34,936 bases of DNA from Marinifilum sp. (GTDB lineage: Bacteria; Bacteroidota; Bacteroidia; Bacteroidales; Marinifilaceae). The notes beneath the pieces were generated by a model, which saw only the letters and a program-made list of their open reading frames with translations, did no database searches and was not told the DNA's origin. The stretch covers positions 1-34,936 of the forward strand of contig JAOARS010000210.1 of the NCBI GenBank assembly GCA_025210415.1. The letters are read 5' to 3'. Position numbers and translations under genes: made by a program. Shown piece after piece: positions 27,501 through 34,936 of the stretch. Every line of letters begins with the position of its first letter. Position 1 is the stretch's first letter.

Positions 27501-30500
27501 TAGTATTATTGCTAAAGTATCAGATGAAGCTCAATATCCGGATTACACATTTATCTGGAAAGATGAAAAAGGTGCAGAGTTAACTTCACCATCAACAAAT
27601 ACGACTACTTGGGAAAGTAAGGCTTACGGACTTGCGCCTGGAAAATACTATATCAATGTAGCGGATAGCAAAAACTGTGAGTTCGATACCATAGTAAATG
27701 TATTCGATGCTTATGAATTATTAATAGATAATATTGATACGAAAGATTTAGATTGCTATACTGTTCCTAAAGGTGAGATTTTAGTTACAGCATCAGGAGG
27801 AGCAGGGAATTTGTCATACTACTTAGATGATAATTTGCAGGCAAGTAAAAATATTACCGGATTATATTCCGGCGACTACAAAGTTTACGTTCAGGATGAA
27901 AATGATTGTAAAACTAAAGAGGAAGATGTGACCATAAATTCAAATCCTGAAATGAAACTTGATTTGAATGGCTTGGATTTGAAATGTTTCGGTGATGCCA
28001 ATGGAAAATTTTCTCCAAGTATTGTTGGAGGTGTCCCCACTTACTCCTATTCATGGACGGGGCCAGGCTATACCTCTGCAGATTCTGATATTTCGGGATT
28101 GCAAGGAGGGTTGTATAAATTAACGGTTACCGATAATGTTGGATGTACAACATCAGAAGAGCAGGAGTTGCATGAGCCAACGGAACTAATTGCAAAAGAG
28201 TTAGTTGTAGAACCAGCCAATTGCCATGGAGAGAATTCAGGTGAAATATTTGTAGAAGGAGGACAAGGTACGCCTAATTACCGCTATTTCCTTGATGGTG
28301 TGGAAGAAACAACCGGAATATTCACAAGTTTAGCCCCTGAGAATTACGTATTACGAATTGTTGATGCCCATGGGTGTATATTCGAGAAAGATATTGAAGT
28401 AAAAGAGCCAAACAAAATAGGATTTATTGTTGCCGATAAAGTTTTACCATCTTGTGAAAAAACTGAAGATGGAATTATTTACGTAACTCCATATGGCGGT
28501 AACGAAGGATATTCATATACATGGGTTGGTCCAAATGATTATAAGGCATACAATCAGAATATAGAAAACTTGATATCAGGAAAATATATTTTACAAATTG
28601 CTGATAAAAAGAACTGTTCGGTTACCGATACTGTTGATTTGGACTTGGGACTTTCCTTACAATTAGGAGTTGTGGTTGAACAGCATGTTGAAACAAGCGG
28701 AGCAAACGAAGGTATGATAGCACTTGAATTGTTCGAGGGAACTATGCCTTACACTTTTACGCTTACAGGGCCAAGCGGAACATTTAATAGTCCGGATAAT
28801 TTTGATGAAAATTATTATCTGCTTGAAAATTTGGCAGCAGGTGTTTATACTGTTATTGCAACCGATGCATCAGCATGTACTACAGTTGAAAAATCTGTAA
28901 TTATCGAATCTCCGGGACAAATGTTTGCTTATATAAATCAAGTAAAACCAGTAGGATGCGTTGGTTCTTCTGATGGTGAGCTGGAAGCAATTACTGCCGG
29001 AGGATCAGGAGCTTACACATATTCTTGGAACGGGCCATCCGGATATTCAGGAACCGGAAAGAACATATCTGGCCTTGAACCAGGAACATATTCTGTTGCG
29101 ATTACTGATGGAAGCAACACTACCAATGCAACTTATGAATTATTACCTGCCGACCCTATAATTGTAAACGTAGCAAATTTCAAAAATGTAAGTTGTTATC
29201 AGGCTGCAGATGGTGAAATCGAATTATCGGTTGATGCAGGAAATGCTGATTATACCATAGAATGGACCAATGATCCGGACAATGGATTTTTATCTTCTGC
29301 AAAAAAAATAGTTAAACTTGAACCTGCAGTATACACGTATAAAATAACTACGGCAGTTGGATGTTCTGTAACAGGAAATCAACCAATTACTGAACCTGTA
29401 GATATGAACCTTACAGTTACACCAACCGATATTACTGCGGAAGGATTGCATGATGGTACTGTTTCTGCAACATTTGGAGGTGGAACTTCTCCATATACTG
29501 TATTGGTTTCAGGCCCAAATGGTTATTCTCATCCCGATGTTGACAATACTTCGGGCAACATTTTAATTACCGGATTGGAAATGGGAATTTACGAGGTAGC
29601 AGTAATTGATGCCAATGGTTGTAGAATAGAAGATACAAAGAAAGTTCATGAACCATCAAAGTTACTTCTTTATACAACATCAGTTACTCATATAAAATGC
29701 CCCGGAGGAACAGAAGGTGCTATAAATCTGGATGTTGATGGAGAAAGTGATCCTGCAAATCTTACTTTTAGATGGACTGGGGATAATCACTTTAGAAGCA
29801 ATAGTCAGAATATTAGCAATCTGAAAGCAGGAACTTATAAAGTTACCGTTCACGATTCGGGTGGAGATCCGGGTTACGAGGAACAGACACTTTTGGTAAT
29901 TGTAAAAGAGCCTGAAATTCTTGATGTAGAAGTTTACACGAAAAATATTTCATGCCCAGGAATGAATGATGGGTATATCAATATTCAACCTAAAGGAGGT
30001 ACACCAAGTTATACTTGTTTATGGACAGGAGCTGGAGTTGATGCTGATAAAGAAGATCAGGAAAATTTAGCACCTGGTATGTATACAGTAAAAATTACAG
30101 ATGTAAATGGTTGTAAATCTAATGATATAGCCATAGAAATTAAAGAACCTGCAAAGTTAGATGTTTCTGTTGCCGATAGTAAGGAACCAACATGCTATGG
30201 TTTAGAAAATGGTTGGATTCAATTGGATATTAAAGAGGGAACCAAACCTTACATTATAGATTGGAGCAATTATGGTAGTGTAACCCAACGAATTGAGGAT
30301 CTAACTCTGGGTGTTTATGATTATACAGTTACCGATGATAATGGCTGTAGTGAGAGTGGTTCAATCACTTTAAATCAACCTGATACACTAATTGCAGAAA
30401 TAAATGATTTTGAGGATGTTCTTTGTCATGGTGACGGAACAGGCCGTGCGTTGGTTGAAATAACAGGAGGCACACCCAATTATACCATTCTGTGGTCCGA

Positions 30501-31131
30501 TGGCCAGGATACAGAAGAAGCAACCGATTTAAAACTGGGAACTTACCAAGTGTCGGTTGTTGATGCCCAGGGATGTACCGATATGTCTAGTGTTGAAATT
30601 TTTGAGCCGGAACCATTGGCAGTAGAGGTTGAGGTAATTAGGCCAACCACTTACGATGCAATGGATGGTGCATTAGGAGTGAGTGTTACCGGAGGAGTAA
30701 CAGACTATACATACAATTGGTCTAACGATGGCATTGCATTGGATAATTCCCCAACACTTGAGGATTTGGATAGAGGTACTTATCATCTGAACTTGATTGA
30801 TGCGAATGGTTGTGAATTAGATTCGACCATAGTGGTTGAATATTTATTTGAACGCAGAATACGAATACCAAAAGCATTTACACCTAATTCTGATGGGTAC
30901 AACGATTATTGGGACATTGAAAGAATTGAATTCATACAAGATCTTAAAATTGTGATTTACGACCGTTGGGGTAAGACAGTTTACAAATTCAGCGGAACAG
31001 GAAATGAGTACAAAGGAGAACCTTGGAAAGGTTATGACGGAAGTATAAAATTACCAATTGGCTCATACTATTACGCGGTTGAAGTGGACGAAGAGAAACC
31101 AATAATGGGAACTGTAACAATTTTAAGATAA
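21595..31131 (+). CDS. Giant T9SS type-B cargo / SprB-like surface adhesin (5 large N-terminal repeats, ~14 SprB repeats, gliding motility-associated CTD)
   Basis: Signal peptide (AQA|R); repeated YW.G....W....NW...C.P...D.V.F units; SprB-type C.G..dG.I...GG..PY.Y.W...L..G.Y...V.D.NGC repeats; C-terminal IPKAFTPNSDGYNDYW...IYDRWGK...LPIGSYYY...GTVTILR. Confidence 0.93.
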   Translation: MEKYGTRLLLLILLHTVYIAAQARDFYWIRGSGNFNDIKHWSDRPGGRVNTDAALPGKDDNVFFDEHSFPEPGAEVVITTPAYCANMHWGNVKNMPTLKTDDNPANYLVIHGGVTFSNQMIIDLDRPLYFKASTQGNIIDFGGNTFDGDLIFENNGGWRITGDLNILDNAIQFQQGTLSIEAEVNCGRIISQTAVSRELYLNSATINLNKPGSSVFALQTDNLTVDPGNSTINILSDQSAIEASGVQEVNFYDVVFSGNSGEISNTSLRANFNKLTFQKNGILSGQNDFQELIFSEGYSYTLNNGVQKVHVLFSALGQCYAYISITGGGAGGFISAESVALDYLKIRNVTANGAAVPFAANNSYDLGTNPGWNFIAPNTDDYTWDGGGGDNKWGNHANWDKDCVPSRNNNAIIPDGFTVEIDIPAECKKLEIQGTSTLGGSNKLDIYASLNATSATWTFDGEVTFNGTGTNVISINATLAGAVNIDASGTYTLAENLDIDNVLNLNSGTLNANNFTIDADRFVSNSGSFRKLDITNANINIHAGTLKAWHVEGSGFDFEGGGSKITLLQSGAEFYNNNSDGIEYESVLFNPQDNQVFLTNENASDYPEFKDLRFNGSAKISGNHQFNVILAAGKEYLFQAGSTQKILDIDGFNAVGSCSENISLKGDGGIAYLDCDVNSSNILRLRIEDLNVTGGMAGILKANESVGVSGYDGWVFPNDLVGGDVYWTGKVNSSWFEADNWSTNCIPTRKDNVFFEDAKVTGSYDVNILAKGKIAECNNMTWNAATNMAFSGDQSINIFGSLDMSGMMTGKNSFSGDINFKAETAQTINIGVVNLISNLNFVGNQQDDDTWESGPWSIDSDLTTTGNINLERGTLSTNNYNVEAKEFYSNYGTDNIRSLNLGSTTLRLEKLEVSAEAFTLLSGTSEIQMAVAGEFIVSKGDKVLEFYDLTFEESTGNAYVDIHEDNVSFNAMIFNGNTYFRKPTPSKKSFTAKSIQMAVGKTYVFESGQEFEFENVIANGACEGTIDISGSDSDAAIFRAKSGIKNIEINSVNLLNVHAKPADVFVAKSSLDLGNTTGWKFENEPAGRDLYWVGGEGYWDDPNHWATSSGAKKSGGVADGCVPTAKDNVYFDANSFDGFDQNVYTGAGDIRCRTMDWTGSETARPNFVMGDTDISGVYIYGSFILNDQLDIDLSPMVNFYFRATEAQSINTFGYVFPNVVEFDGKDGIWTMASDFQTEGDLFIRHGKLIANGHLLECKSLTSIDNPSGINSRGLDLTNSNLIINGSEDVSGRSLYINLADESYDQGFEFISDNSTIRFKDISDFILLGTSLHTIRFNNLVFEKGGKFDSGFANLDVYATHLLFEGDGIINGKKNSFGTLELTRGFEYKLEYKQTITTDNLIVEGSCFAPIYLHSTKSGVGNETFIAAKNNVKGNFLQLEDIHADVSGGITYTASNSFDLGNTNGWTIDGAIAPIALYWTGNGADDDWNNHENWSRAADGSEEGCVPTLNDDVFFTSNSFFGSKLVKLTSDAKCHSMTWNDDIDPDANFLVTAKLQMGGSMDLTENMSLNMRGTFEFVGDGLAGNKTVDFANKTMDGDIRFIGAGQTWVWQSGFITSGNLDIDEGSVSTQTNDFTVNKFSSLSLHNFDAVRSFDMSNSLVTVSSGAPTGWNMKMNTTGGLTFTSTDSKIIFENGGGIYCETDEDVHFGDVDFIKNGTIKLLSAVDKEHGYFGSVAFFEQGQVFGNNDFSNLEFTLGYDKNSIESGKTVTVVNDLKMEGVRCSYVFLSSSNPGVPAKLHKPSGVYRFIYNASLTDIQGSSGSGSDHPVRYKYENNSSTGFYELTEDTDGDGTDDTDPPSFDESFDRQEWCSDVAVIDNVERFPINSLTTFQWHYSKDGTTGSYTELPGETNAVIQVSNSGFYKVEVIYELNTGSGIDCKIEAVVEVLLGEVSKVSLEITANNVKCFGENSGSIIAKVSDEAQYPDYTFIWKDEKGAELTSPSTNTTTWESKAYGLAPGKYYINVADSKNCEFDTIVNVFDAYELLIDNIDTKDLDCYTVPKGEILVTASGGAGNLSYYLDDNLQASKNITGLYSGDYKVYVQDENDCKTKEEDVTINSNPEMKLDLNGLDLKCFGDANGKFSPSIVGGVPTYSYSWTGPGYTSADSDISGLQGGLYKLTVTDNVGCTTSEEQELHEPTELIAKELVVEPANCHGENSGEIFVEGGQGTPNYRYFLDGVEETTGIFTSLAPENYVLRIVDAHGCIFEKDIEVKEPNKIGFIVADKVLPSCEKTEDGIIYVTPYGGNEGYSYTWVGPNDYKAYNQNIENLISGKYILQIADKKNCSVTDTVDLDLGLSLQLGVVVEQHVETSGANEGMIALELFEGTMPYTFTLTGPSGTFNSPDNFDENYYLLENLAAGVYTVIATDASACTTVEKSVIIESPGQMFAYINQVKPVGCVGSSDGELEAITAGGSGAYTYSWNGPSGYSGTGKNISGLEPGTYSVAITDGSNTTNATYELLPADPIIVNVANFKNVSCYQAADGEIELSVDAGNADYTIEWTNDPDNGFLSSAKKIVKLEPAVYTYKITTAVGCSVTGNQPITEPVDMNLTVTPTDITAEGLHDGTVSATFGGGTSPYTVLVSGPNGYSHPDVDNTSGNILITGLEMGIYEVAVIDANGCRIEDTKKVHEPSKLLLYTTSVTHIKCPGGTEGAINLDVDGESDPANLTFRWTGDNHFRSNSQNISNLKAGTYKVTVHDSGGDPGYEEQTLLVIVKEPEILDVEVYTKNISCPGMNDGYINIQPKGGTPSYTCLWTGAGVDADKEDQENLAPGMYTVKITDVNGCKSNDIAIEIKEPAKLDVSVADSKEPTCYGLENGWIQLDIKEGTKPYIIDWSNYGSVTQRIEDLTLGVYDYTVTDDNGCSESGSITLNQPDTLIAEINDFEDVLCHGDGTGRALVEITGGTPNYTILWSDGQDTEEATDLKLGTYQVSVVDAQGCTDMSSVEIFEPEPLAVEVEVIRPTTYDAMDGALGVSVTGGVTDYTYNWSNDGIALDNSPTLEDLDRGTYHLNLIDANGCELDSTIVVEYLFERRIRIPKAFTPNSDGYNDYWDIERIEFIQDLKIVIYDRWGKTVYKFSGTGNEYKGEPWKGYDGSIKLPIGSYYYAVEVDEEKPIMGTVTILR

Positions 31132-31165
31132 TAGAACGAACTTTAAAACCTGACCATACAATCTA

Positions 31166-32227
31166 ATGAAAAGAACATTAATTTTATTAGGTATTCTCTT
31201 ACTTGGAATTACTCAAGTAACAGCACAGCAATTGCCACTTTACAGCCAGTATGTGGAGAATGGATTTTTATTAAACCCTGCTATGGCAGGTAGTAGAATG
31301 TATTCACCTTTACGACTGAGTTTAAGGCAACAATGGGCTGGTGTTGAGGGTGCACCTGAAACTCAGGCACTGAGTTTTAACAAAAATTTGGGAGGCAAAT
31401 GTACAACTTGTAACGTAATGGGAAATCCGTTGGCTCGCCGAAACAAACAGCGTGGTGTAGGAGTTGGAGGATATTTCTTTAATGATAAATATGGAGCTGT
31501 ATCTCGTACAGGCCTCGAATTGTCATATGCTTATCATCTGCAATTAACCAGAAAAAGATTAGGACAATCAGGAACAAAATTGTCTTTTGGTTTGGGAGGA
31601 ATATTTTATCAATACAAATTCGATGGACGTGATATTCCGGTAAATGACCCATTATATACTGGAACCGACCTAACTACTTACGTGCCCGATGCCAATTTTG
31701 GAGTTTATTTGTACAATGATGATTATTTTGTAGGATTCTCAGCAGTTCATTTATTCCAGTCATCGGTAAAATTGGGCGATAACAATTACAATGATGATAT
31801 CATGCAACGTCATTTTTATGCCACAGCTGGTTACACTTTTCATTTAATGGATTTGGTTGACTTGGAACCATCGGTAATTGTTCGCAAAACAATTAATTCA
31901 GAAATGTACTACGATGCTTCGATAAAACTATACATTAACCATTTTTGGATGGCGGCATCATACCGTACCAACGATCAGATTGTTGGAATGATTGGAGTGA
32001 ATTACAATCAGTATTATATTGGATATTCTTACGATCATTACACAAATAATTTAATTGCTGATAGTAGCAACGGAACACATGAAATAACACTTGGTGTCAA
32101 TTTCGATATACCAAATAAAATGAAACGTGAAAGTAGAATGAGAGAACGAAGAGCTGCCGATAGAAACTTTAGCAAAACCAAAACACAGCGACACAAAAGA
32201 CAAAGTAAGAATTACATTTTCTTTTAA
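31166..32227 (+). CDS. PorP/SprF family type IX secretion system outer-membrane protein
   Basis: AQQLPLYSQY, LLNPAMAG, RQQWAGVEGAPET, SYAYHL, IGYSYD, GTHEITLG; directly downstream of a type-B CTD gene. Confidence 0.93.
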   Translation: MKRTLILLGILLLGITQVTAQQLPLYSQYVENGFLLNPAMAGSRMYSPLRLSLRQQWAGVEGAPETQALSFNKNLGGKCTTCNVMGNPLARRNKQRGVGVGGYFFNDKYGAVSRTGLELSYAYHLQLTRKRLGQSGTKLSFGLGGIFYQYKFDGRDIPVNDPLYTGTDLTTYVPDANFGVYLYNDDYFVGFSAVHLFQSSVKLGDNNYNDDIMQRHFYATAGYTFHLMDLVDLEPSVIVRKTINSEMYYDASIKLYINHFWMAASYRTNDQIVGMIGVNYNQYYIGYSYDHYTNNLIADSSNGTHEITLGVNFDIPNKMKRESRMRERRAADRNFSKTKTQRHKRQSKNYIFF

Positions 32228-32244
32228 ATCAGAAATAAAATCAG

Positions 32245-32278
32245 ATCCGGTAGAATACATAACTACCGGATTTTTTTT
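32245..32278 (+). terminator. Intrinsic terminator of the adhesin-porP operon
   Basis: ATCCGGTAG-9 nt-CTACCGGAT followed by a T tract. Confidence 0.9.
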
Positions 32279-32306
32279 ATCTTCAAATTCCCAAACAAAT
32301 AATTCT

Positions 32307-33668
32307 ATGCGTAGCTTCTTTTATTTACTCTGTTCCTTATTTTTATCGCTTGCTATCATTTCCTGTAACAGTGAAGAGGGATTAAATACAGATCCGAATT
32401 TTCGATTGAGCTTTTCGGTTGATACACTTTCTTTCGATACTCTTTTTACCGGATTTGGTTCTACAACAATGCAGTTTAAAGTATACAACAGATCTTCAAA
32501 AAAGGTAAATGTAGAAGAAGTTTATTTGCAGAATATCAATTCGCCCTATCGATTAAACGTAAATGGAGTTGAAGAAGAAAATTTTGCAGATGTTGAAATT
32601 GGTGCCAATGATAGTCTTTATGTGTTTGTTGAAGTAGATTTAATACCAAATAATGCAGACAATGCCGTTCTGCTTGAAGATGTATTGGTTTTTAATGTAA
32701 ATAAAAACCTTCAGGGGATAGTTTTAAGTACATGGGCACAAGATGTAATACTGGTTGAAGAAGACATTGCCAAATCTGAAAAATGGACGGGAAATCGCCC
32801 CTATTTAGTCGATAAGCAAATTTCAATTGCAGAGAATACGATACTAACATTGGAAAAAGGAACCAAAGTATATTTTAAAAAAAATGCAGGCTTGGATGTT
32901 TACGGAAATCTTTTGGTTGAAGGAAGCTTTAAAAATAAGGTTTATTTCGGAAGTTCGAGACTAGAGGAATTGTATGAAAATGTTCCCGGGCAATGGAATG
33001 GCATCTATATTCATGGGAATGGTAATTTGAATAAATTAAGTCATTTTATTCTCGAAGATGGAATAAATGGAATAAAATATCAAAATGGAGAAGGAGAAGC
33101 CGGAAAATTGGATTTGGAGTATGGCATCATTCGAAACTTTACTCAAAATGGAATATCTGTAACAAATGTTACTCTTGAAGCACACGACTTGTTGCTTTTA
33201 AATTGTGGGGACGAATGTTTAAAAGTGGAAAATGGAGACTTGAATCTATACCATTCTACTTTATACAACTTTTGGAACTTTGATTTAAGAACAGCACCGG
33301 TTATTGGAATAAAGAATTCTACAGAGTACGGTGTTAATATGGCAAATTGTATTGTTTGGGGATCGCACAACAACGAACTAATGGTAGAAAATACATCTGC
33401 ACTTGTAATCGAAAATTCTCTCTTAAAACTGAGCAATTCGCTTCAGCAAGAATATTCCTCGATTTTTACAGATTGTATCTTCAATGAGAATCCTGAATTT
33501 ATTTCAATTGAGGAGAGGATTTATAGCTTAGCTAACAATTCTCCTTGTATAAATACAGGCAAGATTGAGATAGGTGAAATTTTTCCGGTGGACTTACAAA
33601 ACAAGCCAAGAAATATTGATGAAGCACCCGATATGGGAGCATATGAATTTAAGGAACTTGAAGAATGA
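32307..33668 (+). CDS. Lipoprotein with probable right-handed beta-helix and choice-of-anchor-Q-like C-terminus
   Basis: Lipobox AIIS|C20; LSFSVDTLSFDTLF; PGQWNGI; C-terminal NSPCINTG...DLQNKPR...PDMGAYE. Confidence 0.8.
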   Translation: MRSFFYLLCSLFLSLAIISCNSEEGLNTDPNFRLSFSVDTLSFDTLFTGFGSTTMQFKVYNRSSKKVNVEEVYLQNINSPYRLNVNGVEEENFADVEIGANDSLYVFVEVDLIPNNADNAVLLEDVLVFNVNKNLQGIVLSTWAQDVILVEEDIAKSEKWTGNRPYLVDKQISIAENTILTLEKGTKVYFKKNAGLDVYGNLLVEGSFKNKVYFGSSRLEELYENVPGQWNGIYIHGNGNLNKLSHFILEDGINGIKYQNGEGEAGKLDLEYGIIRNFTQNGISVTNVTLEAHDLLLLNCGDECLKVENGDLNLYHSTLYNFWNFDLRTAPVIGIKNSTEYGVNMANCIVWGSHNNELMVENTSALVIENSLLKLSNSLQQEYSSIFTDCIFNENPEFISIEERIYSLANNSPCINTGKIEIGEIFPVDLQNKPRNIDEAPDMGAYEFKELEE

Positions 33669-34717
33669 GATTAAGTGTTGTGCTTGTATTTTTCCTGACA
33701 ATTGTTCTACAACTTTCTGCTCAGAATATTTTAGAAGGAGGAGAAGATAGCAAACGTGGCGATTTTAGAGCCATGTTTTACAATGTAGAAAATTGTTTTG
33801 ATTGTTTCGATGACAGCTTAAAACTGGATAATGAGTTTCTGCCCAATGGCGAAAGACATTGGACTTGGGAAAAATATCAGAAAAAAATCAATAGAATTTC
33901 TAAAGTGATAATGGCAGCCGGTGGTTGGGAGTTTCCGGATATGATTGGTTTATGCGAAATTGAAAATCGATTTGTACTTGATGGAATTTTTAAGTTCGGA
34001 CACCTTGATAAAATTGGCTACAAAATCATTCACAGAGAATCGCCTGACCGAAGAGGAATTGATGTTGCATTGATGTATCAACCAGAAGTCTTTCATCCTA
34101 TTGATACCACATTTATTCAACTCATTTATCAAGGTGAAAAAGAATCAACTACTCGCGAAATACTGTATGTAAAAGCAAAACTACACAGCAGCGATACATT
34201 GCATGTATTTGTGAATCACTGGCCATCGCGATGGGGAGGACAATTGAAATCGGAACACAAGCGTATTTCAGCTGCCAGGCTTGTTCGGCAAAAAATAGAT
34301 TCAATTTATCTGCAATCTCCTAAAGCAAATATCCTGATAATGGGTGATTTTAATGACGATCCTGAAAATGAATCGATAAAAACAGTATTAAATGCAAAAT
34401 CGATTTCAGAAGAGACATCCGATCAACAATTGTATAATCTGTCAGGCAAATTTGTTAAAAATGGCAGTATTGGTAGCCATAAATACCAGGGAAAATGGGG
34501 AATGCTCGATCAGTTTATTGTTTCGGGAACTCTGCTCAATAAATCGGCAGTATTGTACTGCAAACAAGGTGGAATGAGTTTGTTTGCTCCCGATTTTTTA
34601 TTGGAGAAAGATGAAACTTATTTTGGAGTAAAGCCTTACAGAACATTTGTGGGTTACAGGTATCATGGAGGTTTTAGCGACCATTTGCCTATTGTTCTTG
34701 ATTTTTGGAGAAAATAA
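33665..34717 (+). CDS. Secreted endonuclease/exonuclease/phosphatase (EEP) family protein
   Basis: Signal peptide (LSA|Q); FYNVENCFD, GLCEIEN, SPDRRGIDVAL, VNHWPSR, MGDFND, LDQFIVS, GFSDHLPI; ATGA overlap with the upstream gene. Confidence 0.92.
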   Translation: MRLSVVLVFFLTIVLQLSAQNILEGGEDSKRGDFRAMFYNVENCFDCFDDSLKLDNEFLPNGERHWTWEKYQKKINRISKVIMAAGGWEFPDMIGLCEIENRFVLDGIFKFGHLDKIGYKIIHRESPDRRGIDVALMYQPEVFHPIDTTFIQLIYQGEKESTTREILYVKAKLHSSDTLHVFVNHWPSRWGGQLKSEHKRISAARLVRQKIDSIYLQSPKANILIMGDFNDDPENESIKTVLNAKSISEETSDQQLYNLSGKFVKNGSIGSHKYQGKWGMLDQFIVSGTLLNKSAVLYCKQGGMSLFAPDFLLEKDETYFGVKPYRTFVGYRYHGGFSDHLPIVLDFWRK

Positions 34718-34738
34718 CATCAAGCCATTCACTATGAG

Positions 34739-34936
34739 GTGTGGAATGTATTTATTAACCTGATTTCGCTTAAAAATATCTATTACAGAACATCAGATTT
34801 ATTTAAGATTAGCTTTAAAAACTCTGAAAGAATATCGGGATATTTAGAAGCGTTTTTAAAGAGAAGATTGAATGAAGATGATTTTTTCAAAGAATTAGCC
34901 TGCTTTTGGCATAAATTTCCTCAAATCCCCTCGAAA
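34739..34936 (+). CDS. Possible partial ORF running off the window end
   Basis: Frame open for 73 codons from 34718 to the window end with a GTG at 34739 (VWNVFINLISLK...); no recognisable motif. Confidence 0.25.
   Translation, partial: MWNVFINLISLKNIYYRTSDLFKISFKNSERISGYLEAFLKRRLNEDDFFKELACFWHKFPQIPSK

Noticed and set aside
22-34577. Numerous 60-135-aa ORFs in the six-frame track that overlap larger genes
   Set aside because: They are antisense or out-of-frame shadows of well-supported CDSs and carry no recognisable motifs.
34907-34922. TGGCATAAATTTCCTC as a second sigma-54 promoter
   Set aside because: The -12 position reads CT rather than GC/GA, and the downstream context is outside the window.

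Overview
AT-rich chromosomal window from a Bacteroidota bacterium. TAnnTTTG promoters and type IX secretion genes support the phylum; a marine Bacteroidales/Marinifilaceae-like source is only an inference. The left part is mostly housekeeping on the minus strand: PIN-PhoH, ppx/gppA, mtaB, suhB, a lipid A-type acyltransferase and a GT2 glycosyltransferase. These are followed by folC, tRNA-Val(TAC), rex and a small conserved HTH-like protein. The acyltransferase is broken by a single in-frame TAA, with its conserved C-terminus intact behind the stop, and a (GACAACC)6 array follows it. The middle is an NtrC-family sigma-54 activator and histidine kinase transcribed divergently from a MacA/MacB-like ABC exporter operon, with a visible -24/-12 promoter and a TGT-N10-ACA enhancer. 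The right part holds a secreted three-repeat protein, a 3178-aa T9SS type-B cargo (five ~360-aa N-terminal repeats, ~14 SprB repeats, CTD) with its PorP/SprF partner, a lipoprotein and a secreted EEP-family nuclease/phosphatase. Two of these genes have ECF-type promoters. I see no transposase, integrase, phage gene or CRISPR array.
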